A program made the translations under genes and the position numbers. 57,896 bases of DNA from Rickettsiales bacterium. GTDB lineage: Bacteria > Pseudomonadota > Alphaproteobacteria > Rickettsiales > JABSSG01. The DNA lies in NCBI GenBank assembly GCA_018062985.1, contig JAGORE010000003.1, positions 1 through 57,896 on the forward strand, read 5' to 3'. Shown piece after piece: positions 18,721 through 28,724 of the stretch (its first letter is position 1; each line of letters begins with the position of its first letter). The notes beneath the pieces were generated by a model, which saw only the letters and a program-made list of their open reading frames with translations, did no database searches and was not told the origin of the DNA.

Positions 18721-19888
18721 CAAAAACGACAGCACACTATATACAATTATCACAATTGTAGCATTAGCTACAATATTCACAGATTCTTACCCCGTAATCA
18801 TGGCAACTTTAGCTAAATATTTTGACACTACAAAAGCAACCATTCAAAAAAGTTTTAGTGTCGTAGCTTTTACTTCATTAGTAGCAAATATAATTTATCC
18901 AATTATTTTTAAGAAAATAGGCATTAAAAATACAATAGCATGCACAAGTTTTATTAGTGTCTTTCTAGGAATAGCATGTGCATTTTCAGATAATTTATAT
19001 CTTTTTTTAATATGCATGTTTATTCTTTCTTTAACAACAAAAGCCAACACTTCGTCTGGCGTTCCTTTAATTAGAGATTTATCAGATGATCATAAAGAAT
19101 GCAGTCTTTATATGTCAAAATTGAATTTTTATAGAGCATTCATAGGAATTATTACACCATTAATAGCAGGGTTTTTGACAGAGCATACATCTTGGAAATT
19201 TGTTTTTATTATTATCTCCATATATAGCATATTTATTACTATCAAATCATATAATTTAGGTGCTAGATTCAACAAAGAAATTCTAGAAAAACATAATACC
19301 TTAGCTATCTACAAAGAAGCTTTAACACACAAAACATTTATATTTTTTACATCTTTAAGAATGCTAATAGCCGCAGGCACATTTGCATATATAGTTGAAC
19401 TTCCTTTCTTATTGCATAACCTAGATTATTCAATTAGCACTATAGGTATCATCTTTTTTATTATCAATAGCGGCTTTGTATTAGGAACAGTATTAAGTAC
19501 AAAGTTATTACAAGTGCGCACACCATCGCATTCTGCCACCGTTGGACTAATTCTAATTCTCATTGGCGGAATGACGCCAATTATTGTTAAAGAATTTTTA
19601 AACCAGATCTTACTCTCAACATTGATTATTGCCATTTATTGCGCTGGGACACGTATGCTTGATCCCCTAATCACATCACGAGTGTTATTTCTATTTCCAA
19701 AAGACTATGCTTCAACTATTTCAGGAATATTTTTTGTATGTAGAGCAATATCAGCAACAGTTTTCACTTACATTCTTTCTCATACAGAATCCGATATAAC
19801 ACTTTACATAGTGTTATTTGCAAGTTCGACTCTTATTCTAACTATGATGTTGTCATATCAGGCATACAACAAAAAACCTACATTTTAA
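18695..19888 (+). CDS. MFS transporter; substrate unknown and start uncertain
   Basis: About 12 predicted hydrophobic helices. It overlaps the murE end by 26 nt. An internal ATG (MATLAKYF) is an alternative start. Confidence 0.7.
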   Translation: MQTNSLKTSKNDSTLYTIITIVALATIFTDSYPVIMATLAKYFDTTKATIQKSFSVVAFTSLVANIIYPIIFKKIGIKNTIACTSFISVFLGIACAFSDNLYLFLICMFILSLTTKANTSSGVPLIRDLSDDHKECSLYMSKLNFYRAFIGIITPLIAGFLTEHTSWKFVFIIISIYSIFITIKSYNLGARFNKEILEKHNTLAIYKEALTHKTFIFFTSLRMLIAAGTFAYIVELPFLLHNLDYSISTIGIIFFIINSGFVLGTVLSTKLLQVRTPSHSATVGLILILIGGMTPIIVKEFLNQILLSTLIIAIYCAGTRMLDPLITSRVLFLFPKDYASTISGIFFVCRAISATVFTYILSHTESDITLYIVLFASSTLILTMMLSYQAYNKKPTF

Positions 19889-20502
19889 AGATCTACATTA
19901 CAACGACTTACTCTAGATCTTTCTGCTAATAATATAGATTTAATCTGCGCCAAACTATTATCTATAACATTATTAACCATAACATAATCATATAAATGAT
20001 GCTTAGATATCTCAAACTCAGCTTCTTTTAATCTTTTCTTGATCTCAGCTTCACTATCTTGAGCCCTACCACGAATCCTCTGCTCTAATACTTCCATAGA
20101 TGGCGGTAAAATAAAAATACTAGCAGTATTCTGACGTGCATTTTTCATTAACGATACTGCACCTTCCCAATTAACATCATATAAAACATCATGACCGTTA
20201 TTTAAAATATCAAATGCTTGCTTCTTGGGACTCCCGTAATAATTACCAAAAACGTTTGCTCCCTCAAGTAACATATTATTTTTGAGCATATCATCATATT
20301 CAGATTGACTAACAAAGAAATAATCCTTACCCTCAACCTCTCCAATTCTTTTATGACGAGTAGTCACAGACACAGATAAACTAATCATAGGGTCTGAGTC
20401 TAGTAATTTTCTTGCTAATGTTGTTTTTCCAGCTCCTGAAGGAGAAGATAAAATTAACATCAGACCTTGACGTGCAATATTCATAATATTTAATAATTTC
20501 AT
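19885..20502 (-). CDS. gmk: Guanylate kinase
   Basis: 205 aa with the P-loop SSPSGAGKTT, TTRHKRIGE..GKDYFFVS and a GMP-binding region. Confidence 0.9.
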   Translation of the reverse strand: MKLLNIMNIARQGLMLILSSPSGAGKTTLARKLLDSDPMISLSVSVTTRHKRIGEVEGKDYFFVSQSEYDDMLKNNMLLEGANVFGNYYGSPKKQAFDILNNGHDVLYDVNWEGAVSLMKNARQNTASIFILPPSMEVLEQRIRGRAQDSEAEIKKRLKEAEFEISKHHLYDYVMVNNVIDNSLAQIKSILLAERSRVSRCNVDL

Positions 20503-20637
20503 TATAACACTACGGAAGATAGCATAGGAAACGTAAAAAATCCATTATTACAAATAAGTTATCTGTAGCGGAGAAATAAAACTATATAAATACTACTAAA
20601 AATACTTTATGTAATTAATAGAAATAATATTAGATAT

Positions 20638-21630
20638 ATGAAAACAGATAACTTTACTTCTATCAATATTTGGCTTTTTACATGCGCATTGCTAGTGCTA
20701 GTTATTACAATTATTGGAGGATACACTAGATTATCTGGTTCAGGATTATCAATTGTGGAGTGGAAGCCATTGATAGGTACTATACCACCACTAAACACCG
20801 AAACATGGTTAATAGAGTTCAAAAAATATCAATTATCACCAGAATATCAACTAAAGAACTACGGACTATCTTTACAAGAATTTAAAAAAATCTTTTTAGT
20901 AGAATACATCCATAGATTGGTAGGAAGAATTACAGGATTAGTGTTTTTAGTGCCTTTTTTATATTTTATGTTTCAAAGACAAATATTAAAGACATTATCT
21001 TTGCAGCTCGGAGGGATTTTTATTTTAGGGTTAACACAAGCATTTATTGGTTGGTATATGGTCAAAAGTGGACTCACAAACCTTCCATATGTGAGCCACT
21101 ACAGATTAGCACTACATTTAGGCATGGCTATGATTATTTACTCTTATCTTTTATACCTTGCTACACCTACAATACAGGAGCCACATGCATCTCCTACAAC
21201 CTTACTACATCTGAAATTACTAACTACACTAATTTTTATACAAATAATTTTTGGAGCTTTTGTGTCAGGACTGAAAGCTGGCTTGATTTATAATACCTTT
21301 CCCCTAATGAATGGTAAAATCATCCCTGAAGAATTTAGTGTTTTATCCGAGATATCCTTAGATAAGCCAGTATTTGTACAATATCTTCATAGAGTCACTG
21401 CCTTTTTTATTTTAATCTATGCAATTCTGATCTACATGACTGCAAAACCAAAAATAAAAAAATTATACCTATTTAAAATCATACCAATATCAATAATTGC
21501 CCAGTTCTTTCTAGGTATAGCAACATTGTTATTAATATCACCATGGCAATTAGCACTCCTACATCAACTACTCGCTGTGGTTATACTATCTATTGTTGTT
21601 ATTGCCACCAAGCGTTATAACTTGAAATAA
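20638..21630 (+). CDS. ctaA: Heme A synthase (COX15/CtaA type)
   Basis: 330-aa polytopic protein with GGYTRLSGSGLSIVEWKP...EF.KY, and HR/HL histidine pairs in helices (YIHRLVGR, YLHRVTAF). Confidence 0.85.
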   Translation: MKTDNFTSINIWLFTCALLVLVITIIGGYTRLSGSGLSIVEWKPLIGTIPPLNTETWLIEFKKYQLSPEYQLKNYGLSLQEFKKIFLVEYIHRLVGRITGLVFLVPFLYFMFQRQILKTLSLQLGGIFILGLTQAFIGWYMVKSGLTNLPYVSHYRLALHLGMAMIIYSYLLYLATPTIQEPHASPTTLLHLKLLTTLIFIQIIFGAFVSGLKAGLIYNTFPLMNGKIIPEEFSVLSEISLDKPVFVQYLHRVTAFFILIYAILIYMTAKPKIKKLYLFKIIPISIIAQFFLGIATLLLISPWQLALLHQLLAVVILSIVVIATKRYNLK

Positions 21631-21710
21631 ATTTAAAAACATGAAATTTATAAATTTACTTTGTACTCTATATATATTAACATACCTTAAAAAATTAAAA
21701 TGGCAGCATA

Positions 21711-22922
21711 GTGATAAACTATAACCAACTATTTACCAATGCAGTTACAGTTATAAAAAATGAAGGAAGATACAGAAACTTTATAAATGTAGCACGCCAA
21801 ATTGGTACTCTTCCTCACGCATTAAACATATCTACCAATAAAGAAATCACCATGTGGTGTACAAATGACTACCTTGGAATGTCACAACACCCAAAAGTTT
21901 TAAAAGCTTCAATTGATGCAATCATAAAAATGGGTGCAGGCTCTGGTGGAACAAGAAATATTGGAGGCACAAACTCTCCAATTGTTGAACTAGAAAAAGA
22001 GATTGCAGAGCTCCATAACAAAGATTCGGCTTTGGTTTTTACCTCAGGGTATATTGCGAATGATGCCTCACTATCAACGCTAGCACGCTTATTACCAAAT
22101 TGCGTATTTTTTTCCGACGAAGAAAATCACGCTTCAATAATAGAAGGAATTAGAAGAAGTGGCGCAGAAAAATATATTTTTAAACACAATAATGTACAAC
22201 ATTTAGAAGAACTAATATCAAAAGTAGATATAAACAGACCTAAAATCATCGTGTTTGAATCAGCATATTCAATGGACGGGATAATCTCTCCGATGAAAGA
22301 AATTTGTAATCTTGCCAAGAAATATAACGCCTTAACATATCTAGATGAGGTACACACTGTTGGCTTATATGGGGAAAAAGGCTCTGGCATGGCAAATAAA
22401 CTTGGGCTAACTGATGAGATAGATATAATCCAAGGTACTCTAGCAAAAGCTTTCGGAGTAATAGGAGGATACATAGCAGCAAAATCAGAAATTATTGATG
22501 CGATTAGAAGCTATGCTTCTGGCTTTATATTTACAACCTCTCTGCCGCCATCAGTAACAAAAGCAGCAATCGCAAGCATACAACATTTAAAAACACATGA
22601 TCTTGAAAGAAAGAAACTACAAGAACAAGTAAACTATACAAAACAAAAGCTCAGAGAACTAAAAGTGAATATCATTGAAAATGACTCTCACATCATACCT
22701 ATCTTAATAAATGACCCTGTTAAAGCAGAAAAAGCTTCTCAAAGGCTATTGCAAGAATTTAATATCTATCTACAACACATTAATTATCCAACTGTCAAAC
22801 GTGGCACAGAAAGACTCAGAATCACACCAACTCCATTTCATACCAACGAAATGACAGACTACTTTATACATGCTTTAAAAATCGTACTTTCAACTCTAGA
22901 CGTTAAAGAAAGCGCAGCTTAA
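21711..22922 (+). CDS. hemA: 5-aminolevulinate synthase
   Basis: 403 aa with a GTG start. Motifs are [31 protein letters not shown] and the PLP-lysine context GTLAKAFG. Confidence 0.9.
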   Translation: MINYNQLFTNAVTVIKNEGRYRNFINVARQIGTLPHALNISTNKEITMWCTNDYLGMSQHPKVLKASIDAIIKMGAGSGGTRNIGGTNSPIVELEKEIAELHNKDSALVFTSGYIANDASLSTLARLLPNCVFFSDEENHASIIEGIRRSGAEKYIFKHNNVQHLEELISKVDINRPKIIVFESAYSMDGIISPMKEICNLAKKYNALTYLDEVHTVGLYGEKGSGMANKLGLTDEIDIIQGTLAKAFGVIGGYIAAKSEIIDAIRSYASGFIFTTSLPPSVTKAAIASIQHLKTHDLERKKLQEQVNYTKQKLRELKVNIIENDSHIIPILINDPVKAEKASQRLLQEFNIYLQHINYPTVKRGTERLRITPTPFHTNEMTDYFIHALKIVLSTLDVKESAA

Positions 22923-22964
22923 TTTTATATATTAGAATCGCACGATATTGGACAAATAAAAAAG

Positions 22965-22989
22965 GCAGGGAAAAAACCTGCCTTGTTTA
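22965..22989. terminator. Bidirectional intrinsic terminator between convergent hemA and the OMP gene
   Basis: GGCAGG-gaaaaaa-CCTGCC stem-loop. It is flanked by an A-run upstream and TTGTTT downstream. Confidence 0.65.
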
Positions 22990-23010
22990 AACTATCAGTC
23001 CAATTTCTAA

Positions 23011-23646
23011 TTAGAATGCAAATATTACACCAGCAGCTAATTCATGTGCTTGAACTTTGGATTTTTTAGAAACACCATTAATTTTGTATTTCATCTGTCC
23101 AACATTTACAAATTTATATCCTAGATCTAAAGAAATATTATCTTGTATTGTTGTCTTTACACCAAGCCCAGCATTCCATGCAAAACCTGTGCTATTTTTT
23201 CTTTTATAAGAAATAGAACCTGAACTAACTGTTAGTGTCTGATCAGCATTCTGTATACTACTCATACCCACACCAACCATACCATATGGCGTAAACATTG
23301 TTCCAGTGGGTAAATCAACAAAACCATTTAACATTGCTGTAACCGCATTGTTTTTAGCATGATCTGAACTATCATTTTTATTGACTGTTTTCAAGTTTCT
23401 TATTTGAAGATTTAAATCAGATCTTAAATATTCGTTCAATGTATAACCTAAACCAAAACCTACAGCTGCGGTTTTGTTATTTTTAATTTTAATCTCAGCA
23501 ACACCGGGAATAGATACTTTATTGTCTACTCTCATATCTACACCTAGATCAACTCTGCCATAATAACCTTCAGCAGAGGTTGGTTTATTTGCAGCAGCAA
23601 ATGCTACTGATGGCACAAGCATTGCAACACATAATAATTTTTTCAT
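23011..23646 (-). CDS. Small beta-barrel outer membrane protein (paralog 1)
   Basis: Signal peptide MKKLLCVAMLVPSVAFA, alternating hydrophobic beta-strand pattern, Gly/aromatic girdle residues, and a C-terminal AAGVIFAF ending in Phe. Confidence 0.8.
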   Translation of the reverse strand: MKKLLCVAMLVPSVAFAAANKPTSAEGYYGRVDLGVDMRVDNKVSIPGVAEIKIKNNKTAAVGFGLGYTLNEYLRSDLNLQIRNLKTVNKNDSSDHAKNNAVTAMLNGFVDLPTGTMFTPYGMVGVGMSSIQNADQTLTVSSGSISYKRKNSTGFAWNAGLGVKTTIQDNISLDLGYKFVNVGQMKYKINGVSKKSKVQAHELAAGVIFAF

Positions 23647-23820
23647 ATTTTTTACTATAATTTATAAGTTAGAAGTAGAGAGATAATCACACAAATACTT
23701 AATAAGTCAAGCGCTGCTTACAAAAAGCCAAAAACAGATTAATAATCTCTATAAAAGAAAAGAATTTTTGTTGTAAAAACACAACTACAAAACAAATAAA
23801 AAAAACTAGCCTATTAACAA

Positions 23821-23916
23821 TTAAAAAGAAATAACCATTCCAGCTGCAAGTTCGTGAACTTGTATAGGTTAATACTAGTAGCAACAACAATGAAGCTAAT
23901 AATACTATATTTTCAT
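23821..23916 (-). pseudogene. Collapsed remnant of an OMP paralog: signal-peptide-like start fused to the last beta-strand, with the frame disrupted
   Basis: The minus strand at 23862-23821 reads QVHELAAGMVISF-stop. The intact neighbour's C-terminus reads KVQAHELAAGVIFAF-stop. Upstream, ATG AAA ATA TAG at 23916 is followed, in a shifted frame, by the leader-like IVLLASLLLLLVL. Confidence 0.45.
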
Positions 23917-24027
23917 ATTTTTCTTTTTATTGTAGAGCTAACTCTATAACAAGAATCTTACACAAGAGAGACAAGTCAATATAATCAAATGCACATGGAT
24001 TCGATTTACTAACCATTACTTATAAAT

Positions 24028-24058
24028 AAAAAAATGTGGCTGCAAAAATACAGCCACA
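24028..24058 (-). terminator. Rho-independent terminator of rpsD
   Basis: TGTGGCTG-caaaaata-CAGCCACA forms a perfect 8-bp stem. On the minus strand it is followed by T7. Confidence 0.7.
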
Positions 24059-24086
24059 AAAATATATAGAAAAAATTAGATAGCGT

Positions 24087-24701
24087 TTATTTAGAGTAAA
24101 ACTCTACCACAAAATGCGGTTCCATTACCACAGGATACGGGATGTCTTCTAACAACGGAATGTTTACAAAACTGCCTTTCATTGCCTTTGGATCAAATGT
24201 CAAATAAGGAGGCACCGGCCTTTCCATTTTGTTAACGGCGTCCATGCATATAGGCATTTCCTTTGAAGATTTCTTCAATTCTATAACATCGTTTTGATTA
24301 ACCAAAAAGCTAGGTATGTTTACTTTTTTACCGTTGACTAAAAGATGACCATGGCTAACAAGCTGTCTTGCAGAAAATATTGTTGGCGCAAGATTCATAC
24401 GATACACTACAGCGTCCAATCTTCTTTCAAGCAACCCTACAAGATGTTGAGTTGTATCACCTTTTTTCTGTCTTGCTTTTAAGAAAAGGTTTTTAAATTG
24501 TTTTTCATTAATATTGTAATAACCTTTAAGCTTTTGTTTAGCTTGAAGCTGATTACCAAAACTTGTTTTTCTACGCTGACCTGTAGCACCATGTTGCCCT
24601 GGTGGGTAGTTCTTTTTATTTACAGGATCTTTAGCGCTACCCCATAAGCTTTCGCCTAATCTACGAGAAATTTTATACTTTGATTGGATAATTTTAGTCA
24701 C
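24087..24701 (-). CDS. rpsD: 30S ribosomal protein S4
   Basis: 204 aa with KYKISRRLGE, LERRLD.VVYR and an S4 RNA-binding domain (ARQLVSHGHLLVNGKKVNIPS). Confidence 0.95.
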   Translation of the reverse strand: MTKIIQSKYKISRRLGESLWGSAKDPVNKKNYPPGQHGATGQRRKTSFGNQLQAKQKLKGYYNINEKQFKNLFLKARQKKGDTTQHLVGLLERRLDAVVYRMNLAPTIFSARQLVSHGHLLVNGKKVNIPSFLVNQNDVIELKKSSKEMPICMDAVNKMERPVPPYLTFDPKAMKGSFVNIPLLEDIPYPVVMEPHFVVEFYSK

Positions 24702-24808
24702 AAAACTCTTTCTTATTACTGTTAAAAATATTAGTTGATTTATATAACATTTTTCTAAGTTGTCAATAGATCTATTTATTAATATTGATAAGAAAGTTTC
24801 TACCCATA

Positions 24809-25537
24809 TTACGCTTTGTGGTCATACAAACTGCGAAATATCCCAATCAAGGTATTGATTTCATTTTTTGTAAGCAACTCTATTCGGCTAATCAAACTAT
24901 TTAAATTATGCAACATGATTATTCTTTTTTCTGGCACTTGGTAAAAATTTGAACTTTGTAGCATTGTGTCAAGGCGCAGCAAGAGATTACTTATGTCTCC
25001 AAATGAAGCCAACTCAGTGTTGTTATTTTTATACACAACATTTCTATTAAAAGTTTTTGTGACTTCATAACAAATAATGCCAGCTGCCATTCCAAGATTT
25101 AAAGATGCAAAATTAGCATTTACCGGTATATGCACTATAGTATTACATATGGACAAAACATCATTTTCAACGCCTGATCTTTCTGGACCAAATACAACGC
25201 CTATTTTTTCAATCCCAGATTCAAATTTTCTGTTTATATCCTCTGATAACTCTAATGAATCAATAGCTCTTTGATTAATACTCCTATTTCTAGCAGTAGT
25301 AACATAAAGATAGTTCAAATCTTTTATAGCCTCTCTAAAACTATCAAATATTTTAGCATTATCTAAAATGGATACCGCTTTTACAGCAGTAATATTAGCG
25401 TTATCGTTCGGCCAACCATCCCGTGGAGTAACTATCCTAAGATCAGAAAGACCAAAGTTCATCATGGATCTTGCAACAAAACCTATATTCTCACCTTTTT
25501 GTGGCGATACTAAAACTATCGATATATTATTGTGCAT
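24809..25537 (-). CDS. trmJ: SpoU/TrmH-family RNA 2'-O-methyltransferase (TrmJ-like)
   Basis: 242 aa with IVLVSPQKGENIGFVARSMMNFG, VFGPERSGV and SLNLGMAAGIICYE. Its start overlaps the cysS stop by 1 nt. Confidence 0.75.
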   Translation of the reverse strand: MHNNISIVLVSPQKGENIGFVARSMMNFGLSDLRIVTPRDGWPNDNANITAVKAVSILDNAKIFDSFREAIKDLNYLYVTTARNRSINQRAIDSLELSEDINRKFESGIEKIGVVFGPERSGVENDVLSICNTIVHIPVNANFASLNLGMAAGIICYEVTKTFNRNVVYKNNNTELASFGDISNLLLRLDTMLQSSNFYQVPEKRIIMLHNLNSLISRIELLTKNEINTLIGIFRSLYDHKA

Positions 25538-26919
25538 TATTTCTCTTTATACCAGGTTGTAGAACCATCAGCATGATCATCTAAAACCACCCCCATGCCT
25601 TTTAATTGATCTCTTATCTGATCTGCTTCTTTCCAATTTCTAGACTCTCTAGCCAAAATCCGCGCCTCTATCAATTCTATTATAAGCGTATCATTAACAC
25701 TCTTATCCCCTCTAAACCACCGGTCAACTCCAGTATAAAATAAACCTAAAAAACAACCAACACTATATAACCTTGATGCTATATTTTTTTTCTTATTTGC
25801 ATCATCAGCTTTATAATATTGCCTGACTATTTCATGCATTTCACTGATAGCAGCGGCAGTGTTTAAATCATTTTTTAAAGAGTCTAGGATCTTCGCATCT
25901 AACTCCGCAATAGAACCATCATGGTCTGCTATTACTCTATAAAAACTATCTAGAGCCTTTTTTGAATCATCTAATAATTTATTTGTCCAATTTAAAGGCT
26001 TACGATAATGCGTTGTAAGAAATACAAAGCGGATGACTTCCCCACTTATCCCTTTTTCTAACAAGTCATAGACAGTAAGAAAATTCCCCAAAGACTTACT
26101 CATTTTTTCTCCATCAACCATAAGAAAGCCATTATGCACCCAATATCTTGCATAGGTTGATTTAGGATTACAGGCACAGCTCTGAGCAATTTCATTTGTA
26201 TGATGAGGAAAGATAAGATCAACTCCCCCTCCGTGCACATCAAAAGAATCACCTAAATATTTTGTACTCATTGCAGAACATTCTATATGCCATCCAGGAC
26301 GACCTTTACCCCAAGGACTATCAAAAACCGAGGAAACATCATTACTATCTACAACTGGTTTCCATAACACAAAATCATGGTAGTTTCTCTTTTTGTCATT
26401 TTTTTCTATTCTAACACCTTCAAACATCTCATCTAGACGCCTTCCACTAAGCTTTGTATAATCAACAAAACTGGATACATCAAAAAAAACATGATCCTCT
26501 GATACGTAAGCATGCTTTCTTTCAAGCAATTTATTAATCATTTCTATTATCTCACCAATATGCTCAGTAGCTCTTGGTTCAATATTGGGACTTATACAGT
26601 TTAAATGCCCCATATCTTCTAGAAACTGTTTTTCAACTACACTTGTCAATTCTTGAATAGAGATGCCCATTTCTTTAGCACGATGATTTATCTTATCATC
26701 AACATCCGTGATATTTCGTACATACGTTACGCTATCTATACCGTAACATTTTCTGAATAATCTAAATAACATATCATATACAACCACAGATCTTGCATTT
26801 CCTATATGAGACCTATCATAAACTGTAGGACCACACACATACATTCCGACTTTCCCTTCATTTAAAGGTATAAAATTTTCTTCTATTTTAGATAAACTAT
26901 TAAATAATTTTATGGTCAT
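25537..26919 (-). CDS. cysS: Cysteinyl-tRNA synthetase
   Basis: 460 aa with MYVCGPTVYD..HIGNARS, GWHIECSAM, DVHGGG.DLIFPHH and KMSKSLGN. Confidence 0.95.
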   Translation of the reverse strand: MTIKLFNSLSKIEENFIPLNEGKVGMYVCGPTVYDRSHIGNARSVVVYDMLFRLFRKCYGIDSVTYVRNITDVDDKINHRAKEMGISIQELTSVVEKQFLEDMGHLNCISPNIEPRATEHIGEIIEMINKLLERKHAYVSEDHVFFDVSSFVDYTKLSGRRLDEMFEGVRIEKNDKKRNYHDFVLWKPVVDSNDVSSVFDSPWGKGRPGWHIECSAMSTKYLGDSFDVHGGGVDLIFPHHTNEIAQSCACNPKSTYARYWVHNGFLMVDGEKMSKSLGNFLTVYDLLEKGISGEVIRFVFLTTHYRKPLNWTNKLLDDSKKALDSFYRVIADHDGSIAELDAKILDSLKNDLNTAAAISEMHEIVRQYYKADDANKKKNIASRLYSVGCFLGLFYTGVDRWFRGDKSVNDTLIIELIEARILARESRNWKEADQIRDQLKGMGVVLDDHADGSTTWYKEK

Positions 26920-26957
26920 GGTATACTATTGCTGAAACATCTATCAGTAAGTAAAAT

Positions 26958-28718
26958 ATGATTTTTAGAAAAACTTATCAATCGTTAAAATCAATTATTC
27001 TACACTTATTCAAAAAAGTAACCTCTCCTTATATGGTTATCTCTATAAGTATGGCTCTAACGGTACTCCTTTTACTCGCAGTATTCGCTTGGACAGAATA
27101 CAAAACAAACAAAGAAAACATCACGTTAAAATTAAACTCGGAGGCTAAAAGAATAAGTCGTAATTTTAACGACATCATAGATCACACATCTTTCATAATG
27201 AAAGTTATGGCAATGCAAATTCAATCTAACCATAAAGATGTCAAACATATAAGCGATATTTTATATAAATATTCAATGAATCAGAAGTTACATTCTTCAA
27301 TCTCTTCATCTGTATTTGCATGGCTGAATGCAGATAACATAAAAGTTGTAGACAGTGTTTCTGGAAACTCTATAACTCCAACAAACTTATCTAATCGTGA
27401 ATATATCAAAAGCGCACGAAATTCGCCAAACATCTTACATCTCTATACCCCTACTTTTGGATTTATTAGCCAAAGATATACAATCCCCGCTATATTAGGT
27501 ATAACTCATAATCAAAACTATATTGGTGCAATAACCGTTGGCTTTGACTTGGTAAACCTGAGTGCCATACTCAGCGACTCGATAAACGATCACAAAATAT
27601 ACTTTGCTTTATTAGATAAAAATCTAGACATTGTTCTTCAATCACAAAACAATTTTACACCTAATAAAACACGTCCCATCAGCTCTCAAGATTTACAAGA
27701 TTTTATTGAAAGTCGAAACATTACAATAGATAATTTAACCACCATATCTGATATCGACCTTCTTTTCACTGGACAAAACCACTATCTATACAAGATTCCC
27801 AATCATCAATTTGTTATCTATCTCAGATACGATGATAATCTCGTAACACAAAACTTCTGGCAAGACATCACATATAGAGTAATAGAAGTAGTGTGCATTG
27901 CTCTAATTGCTTCAATCTTGCTTACAATCACATATAGAAGAGAAAAACAATTGAGAACAAAAGCCGAACAAGCAACAGAACTAGCGATAAAAGCATCAAA
28001 AGCTAAAACTGATTTTTTAGCATACACCGCACATGAACTTCGGTCTCCTCTGAGTTTTATTATCTCATCTTCTGAATTAATGACTAAACAAGCGTTTGGT
28101 ACGCTTAATGATAAATACATGTCATATATGAAAAACATAAATCAGAACAGCAAAGATCTTTTAGACTTTATTGATGATTTGATCGATTCAATGAAATTAG
28201 AATATGTTGATTTCTCAATAAAAGAAGAAGAAGTAAACATCGAAAATCTATTAAGACGATCGATTAAAACAAATAATGCTATGTATGATAACAAAATATT
28301 CATTGAGACAAAATTCAGTTCATCAACTGTACTACTCCAATCGGATCCAAAACGACTATTACAAATATTTAATAATATTATTAGCAATGCAATCAAATAC
28401 TCTCCGCCACAGACAACTTTAACAATTTCATCTACCACTTCAAGCAAAGGTCTACATATTGCTTTTAGCGATCAAGGACATGGCATGAATCAAAAAGAAA
28501 TTGAAGACTCCATAAACAAACTAAAATTTACTACAAATGCCAAACAAGAAAAAGATTCTAAATCTGACTCTATAGGACTTGGACTACCATTAATAAAACA
28601 TCTTTTATCTTTAATGAAAGGGACCCTAGAAATTGAAAGCCACATTGGCAAAGGAACAAAAATAACTATTTCTTTTGCTAAAGAAAAGGTTATACATAAA
28701 AATAATTCGAAAAATTAA
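26958..28718 (+). CDS. Orphan sensor histidine kinase with a large periplasmic sensor domain
   Basis: 586 aa. Two TM helices bracket a periplasmic domain of about 260 aa. H-box FLAYTAHELRSPLSFI, N-box NIISNAIKYSP, G1 SDQGHGM and G2 IGLGLPLIK. No response regulator is adjacent. Confidence 0.85.
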   Translation: MIFRKTYQSLKSIILHLFKKVTSPYMVISISMALTVLLLLAVFAWTEYKTNKENITLKLNSEAKRISRNFNDIIDHTSFIMKVMAMQIQSNHKDVKHISDILYKYSMNQKLHSSISSSVFAWLNADNIKVVDSVSGNSITPTNLSNREYIKSARNSPNILHLYTPTFGFISQRYTIPAILGITHNQNYIGAITVGFDLVNLSAILSDSINDHKIYFALLDKNLDIVLQSQNNFTPNKTRPISSQDLQDFIESRNITIDNLTTISDIDLLFTGQNHYLYKIPNHQFVIYLRYDDNLVTQNFWQDITYRVIEVVCIALIASILLTITYRREKQLRTKAEQATELAIKASKAKTDFLAYTAHELRSPLSFIISSSELMTKQAFGTLNDKYMSYMKNINQNSKDLLDFIDDLIDSMKLEYVDFSIKEEEVNIENLLRRSIKTNNAMYDNKIFIETKFSSSTVLLQSDPKRLLQIFNNIISNAIKYSPPQTTLTISSTTSSKGLHIAFSDQGHGMNQKEIEDSINKLKFTTNAKQEKDSKSDSIGLGLPLIKHLLSLMKGTLEIESHIGKGTKITISFAKEKVIHKNNSKN

Positions 28719-28724
28719 CCGCGA

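Noticed and set aside
23699-23890. A 63-aa ORF in the OMP-rpsD spacer.
   Set aside because: A different frame of the same DNA carries the OMP C-terminal remnant. The 63-aa reading is hydrophobic junk with no start context, so I reported the region as a pseudogene remnant instead.
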